Shown: positions 1 to 8,824 of the stretch, one piece after another
How positions within the stretch are numbered: position 1 is the stretch's first letter
Layout of the letters: each line of letters begins with the position of its first letter
Notes under the pieces: generated by a model
The model's database searches: none
What the model was told of the DNA's origin: nothing
The model's input: only the letters and a program-made list of their open reading frames with translations
Source of the DNA: Opitutales bacterium
GTDB taxonomy: Bacteria > Verrucomicrobiota > Verrucomicrobiia > Opitutales > Coraliomargaritaceae
Direction: 5' to 3'
DNA: 64,000 bases
NCBI GenBank assembly: GCA_049598495.1
Contig: JBMYNR010000003.1
Span: forward strand, 1-64,000
Program-made: the position numbers and the translations under genes

Positions 1-503
1 AAGCATGATTGATATGGAGCAGGCCCATGGCCTGCGGATGTTGGTGCCACCGACGCACCAGGATTATAAGGAAAAGCAGCGCTACGCCTCCGATCATCCC
101 CGCGAGATCGAGAAACGTTATAAAGATAAACTCATGCGCCGGTTAAAGACACCACAGGGACGCGCGATTTATCAGAAGCGCAATACCGTCGTCGAAGGCG
201 GTTTTGCCAACATCAAGCATGCCATCGGATTGAACCAGTTCCGAATGAAAGGACTCGAAGGGGTCGGTATCGAATGGCTGCTCGGTTCGATTGCCTACAA
301 CTGCCGGAAAATCACCTCGATGGCCTGAGCAGGGCTACTTTGTCCTGACCAAAAGACTGAAAAACGCCAAATGTCACGAGATTGAGTTCCAAAGGGCCAT
401 AAACTCGCCTTCGAGTCAGTCCTCTCGAGAAAAACACAACTGACAACTCAACAACTAGCAAACACTCAACTGCGGGGAGGACTTCCTAAGTCCGACACGC
501 CCT
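1..503 (+). mobile_element. Right part of an IS1182-family insertion sequence, cut by the window start
   Basis: Transposase C-terminus at 5-328, then a short non-coding tail ending near CTAAGTCCGACACGCCCT (487-503), a candidate terminal IR; the left IR is outside the window so the end is tentative. Confidence 0.6.
5..328 (+). CDS. IS1182-family DDE transposase, C-terminal part
   Basis: GRAIYQKRNTVVEGGFANIKHAIGLNQFRMKGLEGVGIEW...AYN matches the Y-x2-R-x3-E-x6-K C-terminal motif of IS1182/IS5-like transposases. Confidence 0.8.
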   Translation: MIDMEQAHGLRMLVPPTHQDYKEKQRYASDHPREIEKRYKDKLMRRLKTPQGRAIYQKRNTVVEGGFANIKHAIGLNQFRMKGLEGVGIEWLLGSIAYNCRKITSMA

Positions 504-529
504 TATTAGAAACGGTATAACAACAATCC

Positions 530-556
530 TTGACAATAATTACGCATCGCGTAATT
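530..556 (+). promoter_or_regulatory. higBA promoter -35 box and palindromic operator
   Basis: TTGACA at 530-535; perfect IR AATTACGC-atc-GCGTAATT at 538-556, just upstream of the higB ATG. Confidence 0.7.
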
Positions 557-569
557 CAATAAAACCACC

Positions 570-848
570 ATGATTCAGAGCTTCAGAGGTAAAACCGCTA
601 AAGCTTTGTGGGAGAGCAAGCGCACCAAGCTATCCTCTGACATTACATGGAGGGCAGTCAAAAAGCTCTCCATTCTAGACGCAGCCACATCCCTCGGCTC
701 ACTTCGCATCCCACCTAGTAACCACCTCGAAGCACTCTCCGGCGACCGAAAAGGGCAACACAGTATCCGCATCAACAATCAATGGCGGCTCTGCTTTCGC
801 TGGGAAGACGGCAACGCCTACGAGGTCGAGATCACCGACTACCACTAA
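570..848 (+). CDS. higB: HigB toxin (RelE/ParE superfamily)
   Basis: MIQSFR...LRIPPSNHLEALSGDRKGQHSIRINNQWRLCFRW...VEITDYH, canonical HigB. Confidence 0.95.
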   Translation: MIQSFRGKTAKALWESKRTKLSSDITWRAVKKLSILDAATSLGSLRIPPSNHLEALSGDRKGQHSIRINNQWRLCFRWEDGNAYEVEITDYH

Positions 849-871
849 TCTTTCGCTCTTCACTTTTCCAA

Positions 872-1216
872 ATGACACCTGAACAAAAAGCATGGCTCAA
901 AGCCACCCCTGGTAGAATCCTTCTCGAAGAGTTTCTGGATCCGATGCACATCTCCCAGGCTGAACTCGCACGCCGCACAGGTATCGCTCCATCACGCATT
1001 ACCGAGATCATCAAAGGTCGTCGCGCCATTACCGCCGAGACAGCACTCGCTTTCGGCATCTTCTTCAACATGGAAGCTCAGTTCTGGATGAACCTCCAGT
1101 CACACTACGACCTCCGCCGCGCCCGGATGGAGAAGGAATCCGAGCTCCGCAAACGGATCGAGCCACTTCCCGTCGCCGCAGTCGCTGAGGAACAAGCGGG
1201 CTATAATAGGAAATGA
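872..1216 (+). CDS. higA: HigA antitoxin (HTH-XRE)
   Basis: PGRILLEEFLDPMHISQAELA...RRAITAETAL...QFWMNLQSHYDL; ATG at 872 preferred over the ORF start at 782. Confidence 0.93.
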   Translation: MTPEQKAWLKATPGRILLEEFLDPMHISQAELARRTGIAPSRITEIIKGRRAITAETALAFGIFFNMEAQFWMNLQSHYDLRRARMEKESELRKRIEPLPVAAVAEEQAGYNRK

Positions 1217-1404
1217 AACGGCCTTCGCCACTTGCCCAAACAGCCATGCGCAGCATGAAACGCTCCGTCGCCAAGGCCCTGGAGCGCAAACGCCGTCTGG
1301 GTCAATACGCTGTCGTCTCCCAAAATGGCAAACTCGTCCGCTTGCAGCCCGAGGACATCAAACCGCTTGCGGCAGCTGAAGATCAAGCTGACTATGGTTC
1401 CTAA
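1213..1404 (+). CDS. Small basic hypothetical protein, coupled to higA
   Basis: Start overlaps the higA stop region; VAKALERKRRLGQYAVV..NGK resembles small TA-neighbourhood proteins. Confidence 0.65.
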   Translation: MKRPSPLAQTAMRSMKRSVAKALERKRRLGQYAVVSQNGKLVRLQPEDIKPLAAAEDQADYGS

Positions 1405-1442
1405 CTCGTAGCAACCGCTTGCATGTGAATCGATTATGAAGC

Positions 1443-2480
1443 GTGTCCCGTCAATACAGGCCGCGCCATGCTCGCAGTTCGCCTCTCTGGCAGTGCCTCC
1501 ACGCTTCACTCGCGAGCTTTTCAGCGGAGTATTACCCCGCGCGGTTCAAATAACCTTGGGTCACTCGATACTTCCCGCGAGACCGCCCTTCACGACAGCC
1601 TACGCTGCGGTGACCTCGCCAACGGCGTTCTTCGAGTCCACTGCCCCGACTGCGGACACCACTACCTGCTCCCATTTACATGTAAGCGGCGAGGCTGCTG
1701 CCCGAGCTGCCATCAACGCCGCGCTCTTGATACCGCCACCTTTATTCGAGACGAAGTCTGCCTGCCTGTTCCACACCGCCACTGGGTCTTCACGCTTCCT
1801 CGCATCCTGCGCAACGTCTTCCGGAAAGACCCTCACCGCCTCACTGAACTCTGCCATCTCGTTGCAGATACCCTTCAGGACTGGCTGCGCGAGCAATCAG
1901 CCATCCCCGATGGACGCGTTGGCATCGTCCTCGCCATCCATACCTTCGGCGAATACCTAGCCTACCATCCGCACATCCATTGCCTCGCCACCGCAGGCGT
2001 CTTCGACTCACACCATCAGTTCCACCTCATTAGCGGAACTGGCTGCCGGCAACTCTCAGAGATCTTCCGCCACGTTGTGCTCCACCGACTATTGGAACTC
2101 AAGTGGATCTCTCCCCGTCAGGCCGACAAACTTCACCGCTGGAAGCATCACGGCTTCAACATCGATCAAGGCGAAGCCGCCGTTGGGGCCGACGATGGAC
2201 AGGCCCTCGAACGACTCGCCCAGTATTTTCTCCGCGCCCCCGTCTCCCTCCAGGAGATGTCCTGGAACGCGCAGACAAAGACCGTCCTCTACCGCTCCTC
2301 CCGCAACTGGCACACCAAGCGGAACTTTGAGATATTTTCCGGCCCCGACTTCGTCGCCGCGCTCTACGAGCACACACCGCCCAAAGGCTTCCAGACCCTT
2401 CGTTACTACGGCATTTACAGCAACAAATTGCGGGGCATGCGAAAAGAAAATAAGATGACAAAAGGCAGGGCGCCGTGTCC
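1443..2480 (+). pseudogene. IS91-family (Y2/HUH rolling-circle) transposase, frameshifted and 3'-truncated
   Basis: Zn-binding CPDC..CKRRGCCPSC, HWVFTLP, HUH motif HPHIH, YFLR, RYYGIYSN. N-terminus YRPR..SPLWQC lies in another frame (GTG 1443 to TAA 1553). Confidence 0.85.
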
Positions 2481-2485
2481 ACACA

Positions 2486-2680
2486 AGCCTCCGGGGAGAC
2501 TGGCGCGAGGAACACCTTTTCACCTTGCGCCAATCGCTGCATGCGTGGCGTTTTCATCAAAGCCTGATGACCGATTGCGAACAGGAAATCGCCGCACTCA
2601 TGGCTGTTCTCGAAGACCGGCCCGGCGAGTCCCCACCCGAAACCGGGGAACCACCGAAGAAAAACCGCGCGGCCTTGCAT
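2486..2680 (+). pseudogene. Internal fragment of an IS110-family transposase
   Basis: SLRGDWREEHLFTLRQSLHAWRFHQSLMTDCEQEIAALM resembles the IS110 coiled-coil linker region. Confidence 0.6.
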
Positions 2681-2768
2681 GATGTAATCCTCTACTTAAG
2701 AGAATCTCATGTCCATTTTCTCAGGACACATGTCTTGCCAAATTTCCTGATAGATGCATCAGTTAGAA

Positions 2769-4382
2769 ATGCTTCCCGCTATTTTACTATCCAGTGCTGT
2801 TATATTTTTCTTTGCCTATCGAATATATGGGGCTTTTATTAGCAAGCGTTGCGGGCTTGATGACACTATCAAAACTCCAGCCATTGAAAAGGAAGACGGA
2901 ATTGATTATTCACCAACCCGTGCATCTGTTTTGTTTGGTCATCATTTTTCTTCGATCGCTGGGGCTGGTCCCATCGTTGGGCCTATCCTTGCCGCCACCT
3001 ATTTTGGCTGGGGGCCTACCTGGGCATGGATACTGATCGGTGCAATTTTTGTGGGAGGTGTTCATGATTTTGGCAGCACCTTCATGTCGCTTCGTCATGG
3101 CGGTCGTTCGATTGCAGATGTAATGAAAGGACTGGTTGGAGGCAGGGCGGGCAAACTCTTTCTAATCTTTGTACTGCTTGCCCTTGTCTACGTAATCATT
3201 GTATTTTTAGATCTTACAGCCTCTACATTTGCGAAACAACCTGCGGTCGCTTCTGCTTCCGGCTGGTTCATTTTGGTAGCCGTGCTATTTGGGTTTTTAT
3301 TGAGATCCGATCGGTTTTCTCTGGGGAATCTTGCCTTGGTCTTCTTCCCTCTTACCTTTTTAGGGTTGCTGGTTGGACACTATTTCCCCGCTCCTTTATT
3401 GAGTAAAGAGCTATGGATATCAGTTACTTTGCTTTATTGTTTTTGTGCTGCAGTTTTACCCGTTGGGTTGTTGCTTCAGCCCCGTGATTTTTTAAGTGCC
3501 GGTTTTTTGTATGCTATATTAGGTCTTGGGGCTGTCGGCATGCTGTTTGCCGGAGAATCTTTACAACTGCCAGTCTTCCTTGGGTGGGAATCGGAAAAGT
3601 TAGGAATGCTTGTTCCTTTTCTTTTTATTACTGTAGCCTGTGGTGCATGCAGTGGGTTCCATAGTATCGTTGCCAGTGGTACGACATCGAAACAAATACG
3701 ACGAGAAACGGATGCCAGGAGGGTTACCTATGGTTCCATGCTTCTTGAGGGCGTACTGGCTGTTTTCGCACTCGCATGTGTTGCAGTTCTTAGTGTGGGA
3801 GAACGTGAGAGTGGGGGTACTCCCGTAGGTATCTTCGCTGCAGGAGCATCCAAGTTTTTTTATGCAGTGGGTGTCCCTGCTCATTTGGGTGTTGAATTTG
3901 CCATGCTTGCAATCAGCACCTTTCTTCTAACTACATTGGATACATGTACCCGGCTAACCCGTTTTCTCATTGAGGAGTTGTTTGATTGGAGAAACCAGGC
4001 CAGCCGTTATCTCGGTACTTTAGGTGCCCTCTTATTGCCAGCCCTTCTTGTTTTTCAGTCCTTTCCCGGGCCGGATGGTAGTATGCAACCGGTATGGAAA
4101 GCAATTTGGCCATTGTTTGGGGCAACCAATCAATTGTTGGCTGCTTTTGCACTTCTTACTTTTGTTGTCTATTTGCGTGTTCAAGGTACTCGTCATGGGT
4201 TTGCACTCTTGCCCGCAGTTTTAATGATCTTCATGCCCATGTTGGCACTTGGATGGATGACTTGGAGTCACGGGGTAAATTCATTAATAGGAGGTACTTC
4301 CTTGGTAATGTTTATCCTTGGGTGCTACCTATCCCTTGTCTCGTGGAAACAAGTTCAAAGCAAAACGGCTGGTAAAACCTAA
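2769..4382 (+). CDS. cstA: Carbon starvation CstA-family transporter (peptide/pyruvate)
   Basis: [76 protein letters not shown]. Confidence 0.93.
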   Translation: MLPAILLSSAVIFFFAYRIYGAFISKRCGLDDTIKTPAIEKEDGIDYSPTRASVLFGHHFSSIAGAGPIVGPILAATYFGWGPTWAWILIGAIFVGGVHDFGSTFMSLRHGGRSIADVMKGLVGGRAGKLFLIFVLLALVYVIIVFLDLTASTFAKQPAVASASGWFILVAVLFGFLLRSDRFSLGNLALVFFPLTFLGLLVGHYFPAPLLSKELWISVTLLYCFCAAVLPVGLLLQPRDFLSAGFLYAILGLGAVGMLFAGESLQLPVFLGWESEKLGMLVPFLFITVACGACSGFHSIVASGTTSKQIRRETDARRVTYGSMLLEGVLAVFALACVAVLSVGERESGGTPVGIFAAGASKFFYAVGVPAHLGVEFAMLAISTFLLTTLDTCTRLTRFLIEELFDWRNQASRYLGTLGALLLPALLVFQSFPGPDGSMQPVWKAIWPLFGATNQLLAAFALLTFVVYLRVQGTRHGFALLPAVLMIFMPMLALGWMTWSHGVNSLIGGTSLVMFILGCYLSLVSWKQVQSKTAGKT

Positions 4383-4451
4383 TTTACCTTTGAGAAAACT
4401 TCTTACTGATACCATCTGCCACAAAGTCTGATCTGGTTGCAAAGACAGGGA

Positions 4452-4495
4452 CGGACGCCCTAAAGGGCGCACTCCAACCCTTAGGATGCGTGGAG
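4452..4495. repeat. 44-bp REP-like repeat, identical copy at 8404-8447
   Basis: CGGACGCCCTAAAGGGCGCACTCCAACCCTTAGGATGCGTGGAG with hairpin CGCCC-TAAA-GGGCG. Confidence 0.9.
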
Positions 4496-4824
4496 TCTTC
4501 ATCCAGCTTACGCTGTATAACCTACAAGCATCGGCGTAGCTTTTGCGAAGCCGGAAGCCATCCAAGATACTTGCGAGACGTGACGGACGCATAAGGGCAT
4601 GGCAGCTACCCAGTGGATCCGACCTTTTGCGGAGTGATATTAAAGACACAGTCACCCCATAAGGCCTGCCCCGGATAGGCAAGCCTTAGGATTGAAGCGG
4701 GTTGGATTCGGGCAGCGGTTAAATGTCAAAATTCAAAAGTCATGAAGAAAGGCCGCGTTGGCCAGAGCTTATGTAGCGTGAGGATTGTTGTTCCTCAAGC
4801 CTCACCCCGGCCACTGCCGCCGCC

Positions 4825-4847
4825 GAAAAGCAAATTCCTATCACTTG
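4825..4847 (+). mobile_element. oriIS-like end of an IS91-family element plus target tetranucleotide
   Basis: GAAAAGCAAATTCCTATCA followed by CTTG; IS91 oriIS contains AAATTCCTAT and abuts CTTG/GTTC. Confidence 0.65.
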
Positions 4848-4981
4848 CTTGCTCCGCTTGAACGACACCTTTCCTTCGCCTCAGCATTGACTTGCTCGAC
4901 GACTTTGAACACATAGGGAGATCATCCAGACTAAGCAAAGTTCTGGCCCAATTTGAATAATTCGACCTCTACTAGGGCCTC

Positions 4982-5944
4982 ATGGATCTCGTTCTACAAA
5001 ACATCATCTCTCCAATCACGCTCGCATTCGTTCTGGGAATGGCAGCGCATTGGGTGAAAAGCGATTTGGAAATCCCCGATGCCATCTATCAGGCACTTTC
5101 CATTTATCTCCTCTTCGCGATTGGACTGAAAGGCGGGGTCGCCCTCTCGGAGACACCAATCACTCAACTAATTGCTCCGATCGGAGTGACCCTCTTATTG
5201 GGCCTCGTGACCCCGGTGACTGCATTTTATGCTCTGACTTGGCTCGGGCGGCTTTCGAGAGTGAATGCTGCAGCTACAGCCGCCCACTACGGATCTGTTT
5301 CAGCGGTCACTTTCCTCGCTGCTATTGAAGCCTCTAAAGTTGCCGGCAGTCCTGCAGATGGATACCTCCCCGCTCTGGTTGCAGTTCTCGAGGTGCCGGG
5401 AATCGTAGTCGGCCTGCTCCTGGCAAATCAGCGGAGTGGCGGAGGCATGAATGAAGCGGTTAGAGAAGTGGTCACGGGCAAGAGTATCTTTCTCCTGATC
5501 GGCGGCATGGTGATCGGCGCACTCTGTGGTCCGGTTAAAATCGACGCGGTTGCGCCCCTCTTCATAGATCCTTTCAAAGGCGTGCTCTGTTTATTCCTAC
5601 TGGAGCTCGGCATCGTCGCCGCCAGACGTATCACCGACGTCAAGAAGGCGGGTTGGCGCATCGTGTTTGTCGGCTGTCTGCTTCCGCTTCTACACGGCAT
5701 GCTCGGCACCCTGGCTGGTACCTTTGCAGGAATGAATCCCGGTGGAGCCGCCGTGCTTGGAGCAATGACCGGCAGCGCCTCTTACATTGCCGCACCTGCC
5801 GCAGTTCGTATCGCCCTACCTAAGGCAAGCCCAGGCATCTATCTCACCATGGCACTTGGTATTACCTTCCCATTTAACTTGGCGGTCGGCATTCCCCTCC
5901 TCCTATCCTTTGCCCAATTTTGCGCGAGATTCATCGGATCATAA
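4982..5944 (+). CDS. sbtA: SbtA-family sodium-dependent bicarbonate transporter
   Basis: KSDLEIP..LSIYLLFAIGLKGG, AAHYGSVSAVTF, FLLELG, SASYIAAPAAVR, LGITFPFN. Confidence 0.93.
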   Translation: MDLVLQNIISPITLAFVLGMAAHWVKSDLEIPDAIYQALSIYLLFAIGLKGGVALSETPITQLIAPIGVTLLLGLVTPVTAFYALTWLGRLSRVNAAATAAHYGSVSAVTFLAAIEASKVAGSPADGYLPALVAVLEVPGIVVGLLLANQRSGGGMNEAVREVVTGKSIFLLIGGMVIGALCGPVKIDAVAPLFIDPFKGVLCLFLLELGIVAARRITDVKKAGWRIVFVGCLLPLLHGMLGTLAGTFAGMNPGGAAVLGAMTGSASYIAAPAAVRIALPKASPGIYLTMALGITFPFNLAVGIPLLLSFAQFCARFIGS

Positions 5945-5953
5945 CTTCCCGTC

Positions 5954-6259
5954 ATGAAAGTTACACTTACCAAAATTACCATCATCACCGAGAGTCTACT
6001 CGTCGATCGTATCGTCGAGATTCTCAAGACTCGAGGTTCCACAGGCCACACACTCAGCAAGGTGGAGGGCGAAGGGTCTCGGGGTGACCACACGAGTGAC
6101 TGGGTGGGTCGCAATACTAAAATCGAAACAATTGTCGGCAACGAAACCGCCGACAATATCCTCTCTGACCTAAACAACCGGTATTTCGAGGACTTTTCGA
6201 TAGTTGCTTGGCTTTCCGAAGTGCAAGTCCTGCGCGGCGACAAATTTACACGAAAGTAA
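5954..6259 (+). CDS. sbtB: SbtB-like PII-family regulator
   Basis: KITIITE..G.TGHT...EGEGSRG..N.KIETIV..VQVLRGDKF, directly after sbtA. Confidence 0.85.
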   Translation: MKVTLTKITIITESLLVDRIVEILKTRGSTGHTLSKVEGEGSRGDHTSDWVGRNTKIETIVGNETADNILSDLNNRYFEDFSIVAWLSEVQVLRGDKFTRK

Positions 6260-6408
6260 TCCCACTTCTCGTATTATCGCGTATAGCGTGTAATTAAAGC
6301 GAATCTCTTCGAAAGGCTGCCGCAACCGTATTCACAGCTGCACCTAACTGCTCGAGCAACAGTAGAGTTGAGGGGAAATATAGGATGCGGACCCTCGTTA
6401 TCTCATTA

Positions 6409-8302
6409 GTAGAGTCGAGGAGCGGGAACCGTGATACGAGATCAAGACGGCTCCTGCTCCCCGCTCATCAAACCGGACGTGCGGATTTATCGCATCCGGC
6501 TTTCCGAGGTTGTCACCATAGCGAAGGATGGTTCGCACGCATCGGCAGTTTGTGGAGCTTGTAGGTGCCGTGGAGTTTGGCGTCGGTGAAGAACCCGTAG
6601 TAGCTGTGCTTGCGCTTATGCTTCTTCCACAACCATCGGCGGTAGCGAGCACGCAGCCAGTTATTGCTCTGAGCAAACACCCGGCTACTGCTGCGATAAT
6701 GGAAGTAGTTGCCCCAGCCGCGAGCGATTCGGTTGACCCGTGCGACTGCAGTGGTGCTACTTTTCCATGTCGTCCAGTGATTGAGTTCGGCGCGTATCTT
6801 TTCCCGTAGAGCCTTCTGCGAGGCTCTTGAGGGTTCAACATGCACGTAGCGTTTACGCCGGTTCAGACTCGTCCGCCAATAGAGCTGGAAGCCTAGGAAG
6901 CAGAAGCCTTCTTCGGCAAAGTCAACCTTGCTGGTCTTCTTGCGATTCAAGCTCAGTCCTTTGGTTCTCAGATAGCGGTCGAGCCGTTCCAACAGATTGG
7001 CTCCTTTGCCACCGTGGCAGAGGATGACCAGATCGTCCGCGTAGCGGACCATCTGCGCGCCACCTCCTGCACCTCCATTGACCTGATGGTCCAGACCATT
7101 CAGATACAGGTTTGCCAGCAGCGGCGAGAGAACCCCGCCCTGCGGCGTGCCTTTATCGTTCTTGCGGCCTGTGCCGTCTTCCACGACCGGAGCGGTCAGG
7201 AACGCTTTGACCAGTTTCAGGATGCTTCCGTCACTAACGCGCTTCTTGACCAGCTTCATCAGCATCGAGTGGTCGATGTTGTCAAAGTAGCCCGAGATGT
7301 CCGCGTCGATGACTTCGTGCCGTCCGCTATACAGCGCGCGGCAGATGCTATCCATCGCCTGATGGGCGTCCTTTCCTTTCCGGTATCCGTAGCTCTGTGG
7401 ATGCATGTCGGCCTCGAAGATCGGCTCCAGCAAAAGAACCAGTGCGGTTTGCACCACACGGTCTTTCACCGTCGGGATACCCAGTGCACGTGTTTTGCCG
7501 TCCTTTTTCGGAATGCGCACACAGAGCACTGGCGAGGGCTTGTATCGTTTTGAGCTAAGCTCCTCCCACAACTCGCTTAAAAAGCGAGTGCGGGATTCAG
7601 CGGGGCGGATGTCCTCGACAGTCACACCGTCGATTCCGGCCGCTCCCTTATTGGCGATGACCTTTGCAGCCGCATGGGCCAATACGTCCTCGCGAAGCAA
7701 GTCCGCATACAGGCTCCAAGCGCGCCACTTCGCGTTCGCCTTCGCATTGCGGTGTAGCACCTGTTGGAGTTTCCGCAGTTTATCCGGTGTTTTTATTTCC
7801 ATAGTGGAACCATCACCTCCGCTTCCCTCGTTCATGTGCTGCCAACCAAGTGCCGCCCCTTCGGTCCATGCTCATTACAAGCACTTCAACCCTACTATGA
7901 GCGACTCCGACTTCTCCAAGCCCGCCGCTGCCCTTGTGGCTTTGCCACTTGCGGCAGCAGTTTGGCTTCTCGCCAGAGCCCAGAGATCTCCCCGCTTCCT
8001 CGAACATCACTTCCTGACATGCTGCCTGCGCTGACCCCGCCGACGCGTTGGAACCACGACTGCCATTGAGGCCTCTCCGCTCGAAAGCGGGTTTGCCACG
8101 GCGGCTACCCTGCGGCCTTCGCCCAACGGTAAGAGGCTCGGCTCGTCGGTTCTCTTTTCCTTCGGGGCTCATTCGATGCAGTTTACCTTCGTTGCGGCCT
8201 GCCAGTGCGGCACAGGACGGCTCCCCACCCAGCCTCGAGGCTGCGCAGTTGTCCCTGCCTTCCATAATGAATGGCATAATTTTATGGATGTGACTTTCAC
8301 AC
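6409..8302 (-). mobile_element. Group II intron (ribozyme plus RT ORF), apparently full length
   Basis: Minus strand starts GTGTG at 8302; domain V AAGCCGGATGCGATAAATCCGCACGTCCGGTTT (~6504-6470) with AGC triad and AC bulge; domain VI ends ACTCTAC at 6409. Confidence 0.88.
6513..7802 (-). CDS. ltrA: Group II intron reverse transcriptase/maturase, no endonuclease domain
   Basis: GAAGIDG, RALGIPTVKDRVVQ, SYGYR, DADISGYFDNIDH, GTPQGGVLSPLLANLYL, RYADD, X domain RGWGNYF; alternative start at 7835. Confidence 0.95.
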   Translation of the reverse strand: MEIKTPDKLRKLQQVLHRNAKANAKWRAWSLYADLLREDVLAHAAAKVIANKGAAGIDGVTVEDIRPAESRTRFLSELWEELSSKRYKPSPVLCVRIPKKDGKTRALGIPTVKDRVVQTALVLLLEPIFEADMHPQSYGYRKGKDAHQAMDSICRALYSGRHEVIDADISGYFDNIDHSMLMKLVKKRVSDGSILKLVKAFLTAPVVEDGTGRKNDKGTPQGGVLSPLLANLYLNGLDHQVNGGAGGGAQMVRYADDLVILCHGGKGANLLERLDRYLRTKGLSLNRKKTSKVDFAEEGFCFLGFQLYWRTSLNRRKRYVHVEPSRASQKALREKIRAELNHWTTWKSSTTAVARVNRIARGWGNYFHYRSSSRVFAQSNNWLRARYRRWLWKKHKRKHSYYGFFTDAKLHGTYKLHKLPMRANHPSLW

Positions 8303-8403
8303 ATGTTGATGTTCGCCCTGCGGGCGTGCTACCGCTTTTAAAAAGGTGTGTCCCAGTAGGACGGTTTCGCCGTTCAGAGTCCCGTTAAGCCGGACGACAC
8401 GAC

Positions 8404-8476
8404 CGGACGCCCTAAAGGGCGCACTCCAACCCTTAGGATGCGTGGAGCTTTGTTGGAGTTCGGCCTTTAGGCCGTC
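8404..8476. repeat. REP-like doublet: 44-bp copy plus inverted partner TTGGAGTTCGGCCTTTAGGCCG
   Basis: Same family at 4452, 8713-8733 and 30579-30657. Confidence 0.8.
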
Positions 8477-8501
8477 TGATTCCATATTTAGAAAGCTTTC
8501 A

Positions 8502-8573
8502 ATCGCGACATACGGCACGACGTAGCGAACTTGCGCCAGCAAGGTCGACGGACGAGCGCCTCCGTCTGTTCGG
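8502..8573. repeat. GTAG-type REP-like modules, repeated at 57797-57902
   Basis: GTAGCGAACTTGCGCCAGCAAGG and GTCGACGGACGAGCGCCTCCGTCTGTTCGG each recur with one mismatch. Confidence 0.8.
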
Positions 8574-8772
8574 CTAAAATCTCTACCCAGACCGTCCCTG
8601 AGTCACAACACCTAGGAAACACACAACCGACATTGCAGGCTTCTCGGATTCATCTGAGAAGTTATACCAAATTGCGAAAGGTACGTCTCCATTGAGACTG
8701 GGAGCGTTGCTGCCGGACGCCCTGAAGGACGCATTACCCTCCTCGGTTGAGTGGTTGGGTTGTCGATAAAGG

Positions 8773-8805
8773 AAAAAAAAAAGGAGCCTCCTAAGAGGCT
8801 CCTTT
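8773..8805 (-). terminator. Rho-independent terminator of the small membrane-protein operon
   Basis: AAAGGAGCCTC-ttag-GAGGCTCCTTT with a run of 10 T on the minus strand. Confidence 0.9.
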
Positions 8806-8824
8806 GAATGAACTCAATGAATCA

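Noticed and set aside
1468..2682. 404-aa ORF as an intact IS91 transposase
   Set aside because: Its N-terminus is out of frame with the homologous start, and its C-terminus reads through an IS110 fragment in the wrong frame
6271..6330. Imperfect palindrome resembling the higBA operator after sbtB
   Set aside because: Too degenerate; no convincing downstream ORF
6513..7835. RT as a retron, DGR or defence RT
   Set aside because: Maturase X domain plus domains V/VI and a GTGTG 5' end identify a group II intron; no TR/VR pair or msr-msd seen
8325..8336. ops-like AGCGGTAGCACG on the minus strand upstream of the intron
   Set aside because: Partial match only, expected by chance, and not in the leader of a long operon
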